From Octopus vulgaris (Eukaryota), in contig OX597816.1 in assembly GCA_951406725.2 (NCBI GenBank), positions 126,542,001 through 126,606,000 on the forward strand: a stretch of DNA of 64,000 nucleotides, written 5' to 3'. Position 1 is the first letter of the stretch. Each line of letters begins with the position of its first letter. Both the position numbers and the translations under genes were made by a program. The notes under the pieces were generated by a model that did no database searches, had not been told where the DNA came from, and saw only the letters and a program-made list of their open reading frames with translations. Positions 53,161-64,000 of the stretch are shown here, one piece after another.

Positions 53161-55324
53161 ATATATCATATATATATATGTGTGTATGTATGTATGTATG
53201 TTACATTTCAGATTAATGTCTAGCTATATGTTATTTGCATGAAATACCACATGTTTTAACAGTGTACTATTTTTATAGAGATGAATACTGAAATAGAGAG
53301 AAATAGTTTGGAAGTATATTACTACCATATTTCAAGTACATCTTTTAATGTTGCATGAAACATTCTAAATTAAGTTAATGTCTTGCTTGCTCAATCTATG
53401 ATGTGAATAATTAATTAATACTTAAATAAAGATAGTAAATACTTATTCAGTTGTTTTTGCACCCTATTGTTAAGAGTTAGATTTGACATGCTGTGATAGA
53501 GGTTTAATTACGTCTACGTGTAATAAAATTTAAAAGTACATCTATTCTTTCATACACTCTTCGTCAAATGAAAGAAAGAATAGCCTGCATTGCATTCTTC
53601 CAACGTTAATTTCCTCAGAGAGGTTTGCTATTTAAAGGATTGTATTGATTAAACAGGTTTTCTACAATGCAGCTGTCTAGCAATCAAAAGAAAGGAATTA
53701 GGTTTAATGCAGGGAGGCTGTATTCCTATACATTTCTGCATTTTGATATTCTTTGTACACAGAAACTATCTGGGATTTCTAGCATCTATAACACAAGTTG
53801 AATGGTGTACAAACTTGAGATTTAATCTGCATTGTCACCTAAAGTGATCTTTAAAGTTTTTTTTTTAATTTAAATGTTCCAGGAACAGAACAAAAGAATT
53901 ACATTCAACTACAAATGCCTCAATGTAATTTTATAAACGTTTTACATTAACATGCTTGTAAGCATATTTTAACTAAATTAGAAATGTTTACCAACATAAT
54001 ACAAAAAATATTAAAGAAAACTGAATACTGAAGCTTGCGATGTTTACATTAATTTCATGATCTAAAACGATCAGTAGTTATTTATACTATCAGGTTTATG
54101 TATTGATTCAGTAAGGTAGAGATAAGTCAATAATTTTTGAAGGATCTCTTGTAGAGTATGTTTCGAAAGTCTAACTAAATTGTGAAATAAAAATTTTTTA
54201 CTTGAACTTATAAAAATACATAAATCAGAAGTTATTTCTAGAATAGCTTCCTGTGAAATCAAGTACAAACAAATATCTTGTAGACAATACAAAATATATA
54301 AAATATATCTTAGATGAAGACATTATGTCTAGGAAAAACCACAACTGACATATGCATTAAAAGCAGCTGGAGTAGGATTGCAAAAATAAAAATATAATGG
54401 AGACTCAATGGAGATTGCAATATTGTATGATGTAATACATTTAAATATATATATAAATCAGACTTATCTATGATGGATGTGATATTTACTTAGAAAGTCA
54501 CTGAAGACAGTTGTTTGCGATATATGCAATGAGTGGGTTCAATGAAACTTTGTAACTAAATTCTTGATGAACTTATTTTTCCTTGAAATTCAGGAAATTC
54601 ATATTTTACAAGAGTTTAAAATTTTTTATGTTAGTAAATAAAATGCTCATCAGAAGATAGTTCCGAGGATATTATGGAATTAAAGTGTACTTTGTGGAAA
54701 TTTGAAATAGTTTTAAAACCACGGCTAAGCTCATTAGTGATTACCACATATAATCATGGAAATTACATCTTGGGAGTGTAAAAAAATAAACAAAAGTATA
54801 TAATTGTATTCAAATTAATTTGATGCTAACATGTATAGATGGTGAATATTTAATAGATAAATATTTTTAGAATATTTTATAGACCTGAAAGAGTTAAGCT
54901 TTGTAGTTAACCAATATCAGAGTGGATGCATGGAAAGGAACACAGTTGAAAAATTTATCGATTGTATTTTGTGTAAATTGAATAAAAACATAACAAAATT
55001 TCCAATTTCTAAGTACCGCTTTAAAATACATCATCCATAAAGTATACAATATAGCTATGTGTGTTTTTATAGTGTTTAACTTTCAATTAATTTTAAAGTA
55101 GAAATAACTTTAATTCACATGCAAAAAATATTTAAAAGAAAGATAAGTTGTTAAATACAAAATAATGTCTTAAAATGATAATGCATAATTTTGAATGTTC
55201 TTTATTTCTCACAACTGGATGAGGGAATGAAAAGCAATTGGATTAATAGAATGTATGTCTGCATTGACTCAGTTCTAAACTTATACTTTATAAGTGATCC
55301 AAATATAGGCTTACGGTCTGGATT

Positions 55325-55507
55325 TAAGGGAGGATTTTTGATGATACTGTTGACTCCAGTACTTAAATGTTACTTTATTTCATTGACCTGAAAAGATGAA
55401 AGATAACGGTGATCTTGGCGAGCTTTGAACTCAGAATGCAAAGAGCCAAGAGAAATACCATATGACATTTTGCCCAGCTCTCCAGCAATTTTGCCAATCT
55501 ACTGCCC
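55325..55507 (-). mobile_element. Degenerate SINE of the 9696 family
   Basis: GACCTGAAAAGATGAAAG...TTTGAACTCAGAA...TTTTGCCAATCTACTGCC. Confidence 0.65.
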
Positions 55508-55879
55508 ACAAGTCATACTAATCATTTTTCCTGATTTAGATACAAGATAAGCAAATTTGAGGAGAGAGAATTAGTCTATACTATTGACCTCAATATTTGG
55601 TTTGGACTAGCAGGATTTCAACTTAGAACATAGAGAGGTGCACAAAAGACATAGAGAGGTGTACAAAAGACTATGGTCTACTGCTTCTGCCAGTTCACTA
55701 AGATCATTTCTGCTAGAAATTTTGCAAATGTTTCAACATTTATATATGTTACTGAAAGGTCATCTTCTATCACTCACTGTGAAAAGGCAGCATGAGCTTC
55801 ATAAATAGGTCAAAACTTGTATGACCTACATAGCCTATAAATTCACCTATCTCCTCTGAAGATATGGAATAGAAAAGAT

Positions 55880-56135
55880 TTTAATTCACACTTTGAAATA
55901 TTATCAAAACAATGGTCACACATGTTCACTATTTAACAAATATTTCCCTTGTGTACAATCCATTTTTGTTATGGACAGTCTTCAAGCACAATGATTTGAT
56001 GATGCAGATGAGGTAAAAGTAGTTGTGAAGGCGTGGAGACTAGAGTAAACTTGAACATTAAAAAAAAAAAAAGATGCATGAGTTGGGTTCAGTGATGGTG
56101 TGAATGCATTTCTTGTCATGGATGCTATGATGAAT
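55880..56135 (+). pseudogene. Mariner transposase C-terminal remnant
   Basis: FDDADEVKVVVKAW...VQ*WCECISCHGCY resembles the mariner F..D.EV...V..W...RW.KCI...G.Y ending. Confidence 0.5.
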
Positions 56136-56270
56136 AGCACTCATGTATGGAGAAAGCATTACCCTATTAAAATGTTCAATCGATATGACCTGAACCACTT
56201 GACAAAAAACTTCTACCCACTATTGCATTACATTTGGTAGAACAATATATATATATGTATATATATGTAC

Positions 56271-56477
56271 ACGATGGAGTGCTGAAAAGTTTTCTGGCTT
56301 TGGGTAAAAAGAAAATACAGGAGGATCCATTAACTATGATTTTATTCAACACATTCCACTCTCAGTTTCACACTCTTATTGCAGCAGTTCTTTTTTCTAA
56401 GCTCTGTAAAAGAACTTGGAATGTTGAGCCTCCAACCAGGCCTTTCACAATACCTTTAAAGCCAGAAACTTTTGACA
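56271..56477 (-). mobile_element. Mariner MITE, second copy
   Basis: Reverse-complement match to 15536-15746; TIR cores GCTGAAAAGTTTTCTGGCTTT / AAAGCCAGAAACTTTTGA. Confidence 0.75.
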
Positions 56478-56715
56478 TGTAATACTGAAATAGTGTAACA
56501 GATAAGAGATTGCTCTGGGCTGGCATTAGGGAAGAAGTTGAAAATTTGTTTGACCCATGACACTGCATGGACCCTAAGTAAGGCATGTGAAAAAATTTAA
56601 TGAAATTGTGAGCGTAGTTCTCGAGTTTTAAGGATTCACATAAACAGACTGACATGTAGACAGACACACATTCTCATCTTTATAAATACAGGTATATATA
56701 TATATCTAAATTCAG

Positions 56716-56824
56716 AGTCTTTTGCTACTCTGAGTTTCACCTGTGAGTCCATAGAATCTTCAAATAAGTTACAAGCTTGAAAATCCTGTGAACCCACAAG
56801 TGAAACTCAGAGTAGAAAGAGACT
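56716..56824. repeat. Short fold-back made of two degenerate HHR motifs
   Basis: CTACTCTGAGTTTCAC...TTCAA / TTGAA...GTGAAACTCAGAGTAG arms. Confidence 0.65.
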
Positions 56825-58946
56825 AACACAACTAAAATTAAATATTATTTATCTCTACTATGGAACTGAACACCCTTTTTTCTGACAGTCAACACTAAAT
56901 GTATATATGTGTGTGTGTATATGAGTGTGTGTTTGTGTCTTCCTATCATATTTACATTGTATGCATGTAAAAACATTGCCAATGTCTATGCAACGATGTC
57001 TTAGTTTACAATCTGTTGTGAAAAAAATATCCAATGATTCAGAAGCTTGTTGTTTCAAAGGCTATGGGAGATAGTGCTTTCCTTTTAAATGAGGAGTATT
57101 AGCATGAAATGCATCTGGCTATAGAAATTCTGCCTCTATAAATTTTTTATGGCTTATTTTTGGACATTAAAATGAGTGTTAAACTGATAATGAGGAAGAG
57201 GTTGACTATAATGATAGCAGCAGGTGTGATGGCAGTGGTTGTGGTAGTGGTGATGATGATTTGTCTATGGAAACCTTCCTTGACAACATATTAACATAAA
57301 TGCATAAGCTAGCTATAGTTTATATTTAGTTTGACATTTGTGAATATGCAAAATCTGAATTTACCTATGAATTGGGTTTTACATGTACTTTTATACAGTT
57401 TTTTTTTAATATACATAAAGTATTCTAGTTTATTCAATTAGCTTGACTGAATTCAACAACAACAACAAAAAGGAGAATGAATATTTGGCAGCAAAATTAT
57501 CTCAGTGTGCCTGATCCTACCTCAAATTCTGTTAAAACTTCATCGCAAAATTTTATGCAAATCTAAAAAAAGTTTTAATGCGACTTTCATATATTTCAAT
57601 CATCAATTTAACAGCCATGAAGCAAATATTAAAGCATTCTTCATTTGCTCCAATTCCATTTCCATGATACATTAAAAATAGTGTAAAACATTCAGTAAGC
57701 TTTTGTGTATGAAATAGTTTCCATAATATTTCTCTTGATTATAGAATGAAAATATTGAACATAGAACTTATTTCTATGCATGACGTAAATTAAAAAAGGG
57801 AAGTTATGTTTATGGCATTTTCAGTTTATGCAAAAAACAAATAAATTTAAAATGGAAAATTAGGGAAAAGATGACTAATGATATATAGTGGATATAAAAA
57901 TAAGTAAGACATTAAATGGTATTGGAATCATAGTGAGAAATATGCTTGCTTTAGATAAGGTTGTTGACATTTTAACTAACTTTAAAGCTGAAGGTATTCA
58001 ATCAGTAAAATATTTGGGCATAAATGAGAACTTAAAATTTGAATTAAATATATTTGCATCATTCTGAAGACATATATAATATATTTAAATAACTTCTGTG
58101 AATGTAAACAAAATTAATAATAGTTTAAACACAAACGAGACATTGGTTTTCCTTTTTCACAGTTCTTAAAATTTGTTTGTTCATGAAATATTTACAAATA
58201 TATTTTACGATTTTACAAATCAATATCTCCTACCTAGAATATGTATTTGAAATCAATATTTCACGACTAATTCATAAGTTCCACAGTTATTGAAACATGT
58301 TCATCTATTGAAAGGTGCAAGTTCTAATTATCAAATTAATTTTACTATGTAAACGTATTAGGTTGTATAACAACAAAAGCAATTTTATTAATTCTATACA
58401 TGTCACTGTTTAAACTAAAAATATTTAAAATAGTATTGTAATAACAGTCTTATAATTTTGTACTGTTTCAGTTCAAATACGTTCTGATTATAAAAAAAGT
58501 AAATGATAACATTTGGTTTTAATATTTAAGAGATGGATTGTATTTTAATACAAACCTATAGAATATATTATAGATACTGGCAGTCTTGGAGTTACAAGTT
58601 TATCATGCATTAAATGCATATCTGCTTAACTTTACCTGTGTTGAAATCATATCAGGTTTGAATGTGAGATGTTAAGGTGCAGATACTATTTCCCTAAAAA
58701 CACTATGGATTCAACCATAGAAGAAAATACATTATAAAGTGTAATGTATCATAATGTGTTAAAAATCCTGCAATTATTTATTCATCTTGGCACATTCCTA
58801 GTAATAGAATGTAATATGATTTATATGAATGTTTCAGAACATCTCAGAATTTTAATATTTAATTTTAATATTTAATAGCAAGGAACTATCACTTCCAAAA
58901 TTCTACATCGATATAAGCCAGTTATATTAAATATTTGAAATATTAA

Positions 58947-59057
58947 ATATATGTACTTATACATGCTTGACCACTTGCAAATTCACATGCACATATATAC
59001 ATATATGTACTTATACATGCTTGACCACTTGCAAATTCACATGCACATATATACATA
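58947..59057. repeat. Perfect 54-bp tandem duplication
   Basis: ATATATGTACTTATACATGCTTGACC... at 58947 and 59001. Confidence 0.95.
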
Positions 59058-59777
59058 CACAGAAATATATATACATCTACTGTATTATTACCATATATAT
59101 GTATATCAAATAATTATACAGTAGACAGGGTAAGGATAAGTGGCTGAATAATTTGCAAAAATGTGTGGGAAAGTGAAAGATGTGTGGTGTTATAGCTGAG
59201 CCAACAAGGAGCAGTTCAAGGGAGAAAGAGGGAAATAATTGGTAGCACAGAAGGGTGACCAATGTAAAAATACTATCCCAATTCCCTACCCAGAAGAATT
59301 TATATATTTGTTCCTTGCCTATGAGTAGTCAAGCTGGAGCATGTTTCAGTTTTACCTCTTTCATGTAACACATATCTACTTGCCCCTGCTCTAGCATTTC
59401 AAACAGTTCCTTCTATTTTCTTTATATTGTGCCTACATTGACTGTGGGTGCTCCAAAATTAAGGCAACAAGAAGATTGTGTAGGTCATTGTGGGAAGGCT
59501 GTCAGAGTCTGAAATAAAGGTTTGTGTGAACTTTTGCCTGTAAGCAGGGGGCTCATGCACATGTACAATTTTGTTTGTATTACCACTTAATGAATTATTA
59601 TTTTCCTCAGACCCTCATGCCATCAAGGTCAAGAGACAAACAGAAAAAATAATAAGTGAAGCATAAGCTAAATACCATAAAACTTCTACTGGAATAAAGA
59701 AGAAAAAGCAGGCACATAGCTAGCAAAGTCAAAGAATACTAACAGTAATCGTTGTGTGTATATACATATAACATACA

Positions 59778-59962
59778 AATCATCATCATCATCAACATTT
59801 AATGTCCATTTTCCATGCTGGCATGGGTTTAATGGTTTGACCAGGGCTGGCAAGCTGGAAGGCTGCATTAAACACCAGTTTGATTTTGCATGGTTTCTGT
59901 GGCTGGATGCCCTTCCTAATGCCAACCACTTTGAGAGCATAATGGGTGCTTTTACGTGCCAC
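59778..59962 (-). mobile_element. (GAT)n-tailed SINE fragment
   Basis: Aligns with the 17524 and 24758 family. Confidence 0.8.
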
Positions 59963-60004
59963 TATATCTATGTACATATGTATGTATGTGCATGTAAATA
60001 TATA

Positions 60005-61533
60005 TATATATTACATCAAAGTCAACGTCAGTGTGTTCATGTGTTCGTGTGTTACTTATAAACTCGAAAACTACTGGACCAGTCCTAATGAAATTTGGAA
60101 CACAAAATCCAAGCCTAGAGAGAAGGGTAATGCCATATGTTTCATACAATTTTAAGGGAGCATAAGGGGGTGCAGAACCCCGCTGTGAAAATTCATATTC
60201 TTCAGATTTTGATGAAATTTGAACCATAGGTATTAGAAATAAATTAAAACATACACCCAAAATGTCCATTTCTTTGGGTGATTCTAAGACCCACTAATGG
60301 GGGCCTTAACTCCCAAATTTTAGTCATTTTTATAATCCAAAACAAGGTCAAAAGTATTGAATGGATCTTTATGAAATTTGGAAATTATATTCTATGTATG
60401 AGGACAGATGTAATGCAGTATATGTTTGAAAGTGAGGGGGAATAAATGAGGCCATAACCCCCATGAAAATTCATATAATTTTGCTGTTGATGAAGTTTTA
60501 GCCATAGATATTAGAAACAAATGAAGTAATATTCCTAAAATTTCAACTTCTTAGGAGTTAGTAACACCCCTTAATATCCACAGTTTAGTCATTTTTCCTA
60601 AGCCAAGATGAATACAATTGTAGTCTTGAAAGCTGTGAGTCATCCGAGCATACAAGATGAGCGTTATTTGTAATTCAATGGTACAACAGTGTAAGAGTTT
60701 GCTTTGAAATATACTGAGATTGTGATTTCTGCAATGTTATGCATAAATTGTCAAGTAAAGGAGAGGTTACAAAGGCCTTTCCAGATAAGTGATTGGTCAT
60801 TCAAAGAGATTTATAGACTGCAAATTTATTCTGTTAAGTTACCTATCAGCATAGTGATCATTGGCAAACTCAATAGGTGACACTTTCATTTCCCCATAGC
60901 CCTCCAGTTACACAGTTGTTAATGTTTATTTGAATTGTGTCAAGCCCCTCCAATTGCTATAGATCTGTAATGCACCTTACAGCTCTGCTGGTCACCTGTA
61001 TGGTGAGGAATCATACATTGGGGAGTGGTAACGACTATGGTAGGGTAGCTGACTGCTTATTGTGATCATTCGTCTTTTGGTTTCTTCTAGTTTTGCTCTC
61101 TTTCATAAACCCAGTAAACATTCATATATTTTCGATGTCAAAGAAATTTGAACAATAGATATAAGACACAAGTTAAAAAATATTCCCAACAATTCAACTT
61201 CGACTTTAAGACACCCTCCTCAATAGGGGCCTTAACTCCCACATTTTAGAGCTCCATGTGCTCCATTTTTCAGGAGTAAAAACCTTTGAATAGGTTTTAT
61301 AAGATTTGGATTCTGGAATCTGGGCATATAGATGAGTAGTATGGGATAAATATGTCATGATTAGAATTTTTGTTAGGGTGTGTAAAGAGGGAAAGAACCC
61401 TCATTAAAACTTTTAATCTCCAATTTTGATGCAATTCAAATCATACGGATTCCAGTTCATTAGAGAAAATATAAAAGAAAAGTTTAATTCTTCAATTCCA
61501 TGTGATACAGTGAATGCTGGGTATCTCTGCTAG
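60005..61533 (+). mobile_element. Old non-autonomous Helitron-like element with internal diverged repeats
   Basis: Ends CAGTGAATGCTGG(decayed hairpin)..TGCTAG|T. Three diverged internal repeats (~60185, ~60465, ~61115); GGGGCCTTAACTCCCA occurs twice. 5' end blurred in (TA)n. Confidence 0.55.
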
Positions 61534-61538
61534 TATAT

Positions 61539-61570
<32 letters not shown>

Positions 61571-62267
61571 GCACACACACAAATGTACACACACATACAT
61601 GCATACATATACACAGCATTAATATAATTACTCTATACAACATGTTGAAAATTTGAAGTATGTTGGTTATGACAGGTTTTCTTTACCTTGAAACTGAATA
61701 TCTTATTGAATTGACTTTTGATTTGAATTTTAATCATAACAAATGTTTTCTGAATTCATTTTAATAATATTTTCAAGTATATTTCTTTCTATATATCTGT
61801 CACATGACAATCTCTATCCCTACTATATGTTAATAGACTCTAAATAGTTACTTTGAACGCTAATTTTCAATTCCTAAATAAACTCTAATTCTTACAGCAA
61901 GTAAGTAATGTGCATGCTTTGGTTTCTATGTAACATTTTATTTGCTTTCTATAAAGTTATAACAGAAACTGATTTTATTTGTAAGGCGTCATAAATCTTA
62001 TGGCTGCAATTATATATTTTAGATAACATTAAGACAATAGCAGTGATAAAATTTTGATTGAAAATTTCTAAAACTTTGATCAGTGCTCTGTAATTTAATT
62101 GTGATAGTTTATTAAGTTTAGCTTATATATAGATGATATCTTATTCAAAATATGTATGCTTCTTATCAATAATTTGAATACTGTATTTCAGATAAAATAT
62201 AGCAGAACATGATTCTATATAGCTGTACCTCAATAAAAGTTTCAAAATTGAAACCTTTTCTTAATTT

Positions 62268-62410
62268 TTGTTCAAATTCTGTCGAGGTTGACTTCACCTT
62301 TCATCCTTTTGGGGTCGATAAATTAAGTACCAGTTGATACTGGAGTCAATGTAATCAATTACTCTCCCCTTCCCCAAATTTCACGCCTTGTGTCTATAGT
62401 AGAAAGGATT
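62268..62410 (+). mobile_element. 5'-truncated SINE of the 9696 family
   Basis: GTTCAAATTCTGTCGAGGTTGACTT..CCTTTCATCCTTTTGGGGTCGATAAATTAAGTACCAGTT. Confidence 0.75.
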
Positions 62411-62639
62411 ATTATCTCTAAGTGTTCTGCCAGGTCATCTTAAGCCTACAATTATTATGTGTCTCATCCAAATGTTAAGACTAGTTTTTTACTTTTTAGG
62501 TTATCCTAAGGAAAATTTGAAATATAAAAAGAAATAGTATTATTTTTAAATCACCAATAGAATCATTCAAAATTTATTTCAATTTTCTATATAACTTGAA
62601 CTCTTGGTAATTTGATTTACATTCAGAAGTTTGGTATAA

Positions 62640-63040
62640 ACATTGTCCTGATGATCATCACTTTGTGTCCATTTTCTCATGTTTTCATGTGTTTTATGGG
62701 TATTCTCCAGCACAGCAGCTATCACTGCTGTGATCTCATGTCATCTCGTCAGGTTCAGCATTTCGAGATCACACTTTACCACTACTTTTCATGTCTTCCT
62801 TGGTCATCTTCTGCTGATTCCTTTCAATTAGATTGTCTGGCACTACTTTACTGTTAGCTTTCATGCACCACATGTCCATACTAGCTCAGTCTTCTCTCTT
62901 GCACATTGCAGCTGATTCCTTTTATTTCCGATTTTTCTCTCAGTTCATTTGTGCACTGCTATTCATGCACACTGACATTGCACTTTCAATGAAGCATGTT
63001 CACCTCATTTCTTCCCAACATTTGCTCATCCTCTACATTA
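62640..63040 (-). pseudogene. RTE-clade LINE 3' end remnant
   Basis: Minus translation NELREK...VQERRLS*YGHVV resembles the RTE RRLRWxGHV motif; ends near GAT repeats. Confidence 0.65.
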
Positions 63041-63559
63041 AAATCAAATCATATGCACATGTGCTTCCTGTGGTTTGTAAGAAAGTTAATTTCTTTGTAT
63101 AAGTAGGATATTTGAATGAGGAAACTTAAAATGAAAACAGGGCAGAATACTTATTTCGGTTGAAATAACAATTTTGCTATAAACTCCAACTGATAATGAA
63201 CATTCTTACGAAAAGCACTGAGATTAACCAACATGAATTGCAGAAGTATTGAACAGAATGCTTAATATGATGTATAGAGTTAAAAATCATGGTAGTATTA
63301 TACAGAGTTAAAGATAATAAGCAGAAAATGTACAAATAACTATAGAAATCAAAAGTTCTTAAGAGTATGAAAGACACTCTCAATGTGTGTTTGATTGGAC
63401 TAATTAAGGTATATAATTTAAATTCAATAGTTTATCTCTTTCTAAAATTAATTTCAGAGTTATAAAATGTAGCACTATTAAAGCATACTGTTTCATGCTT
63501 TAATCTTGTAATAATTCTGCTTGTCATTATGTTACTTAGCCCGTTGGTAACACTTTCAT

Positions 63560-64000
63560 GTGATTAGAGAAAAAGAGGGAGAAAGAAAAGAAGGGTGGAT
63601 AAAAAGACGGCGAGAGAAGTGTCCATGGCATGAGGTAGGAGGAATGTAATTGTAATGCTTTTGCATATTAGTTGAAGGGAAAAAGAGTATGAGAGAGAAA
63701 AAGGAGAGAGGAAAAGGATAAAGTGAAGAGAGAGAAAGAAATAGAAGGAGAAAAGATGGAGAGAGAAACGTCCATGACATGTTGGAGGACGTAATATTTA
63801 TTATGTTGTTAAAAAAGTAATTTGAAAGTAGTGATAGAGGAGAGTTAGGAATATAATTTTAGCAGATGGGTGATGTTCTGATGGTGAGATTAAAGAAGGG
63901 CAGAGAGATAGATAGATTGATAGAGAGAGAGAGAGAGAGAGATGATGGTGGTGGTGGTGGAAGTGATGGTGGAGGTGATGGTAGTGGTGGAGGTGGTGAT
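63560..64000. repeat. Purine-rich, (GA)n and (GGT)n low-complexity sequence
   Basis: Direct observation. Confidence 0.8.

Noticed and set aside
53500-53900. Repeat-free, enhancer-looking stretch
   Set aside because: Impression only; cannot be supported without conservation or chromatin data.
55629-55671. 21-bp tandem duplication (also an 18-bp one near 45215)
   Set aside because: Ordinary slippage duplications with no further structure.

Overview
AT-rich, microsatellite-laden animal DNA. The repeat families (tRNA-Arg SINEs resembling octopus OR1/OR2, Dong/R4 LINEs, Penelope-like elements) point to an octopus/cephalopod genome; this is inference from recalled families, not a search. The window looks like intron or intergenic space. 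It has one good coding-exon candidate (37433-37601, +, transmembrane helix) and a few weaker micro-exon candidates. Most ORFs in the supplied track are microsatellite or repeat artefacts; the real ones are transposon-derived. The main unexplained signal is a dense set of more than a dozen minimal type-I hammerhead-ribozyme (HHR)-like motifs in several Penelope-like or retrozyme-like families, many in fold-back insertions. They include a family with a swapped G3-C8 core pair and a tRNA-headed, (AAT)n-spaced HHR element. That element inserted as one inverted unit with a 12-bp TSD and was then invaded by a Dong/R4 LINE, which was itself invaded by a composite Helitron-like element. All calls were made by eye; repeat boundaries are approximate unless termini or TSDs are quoted.
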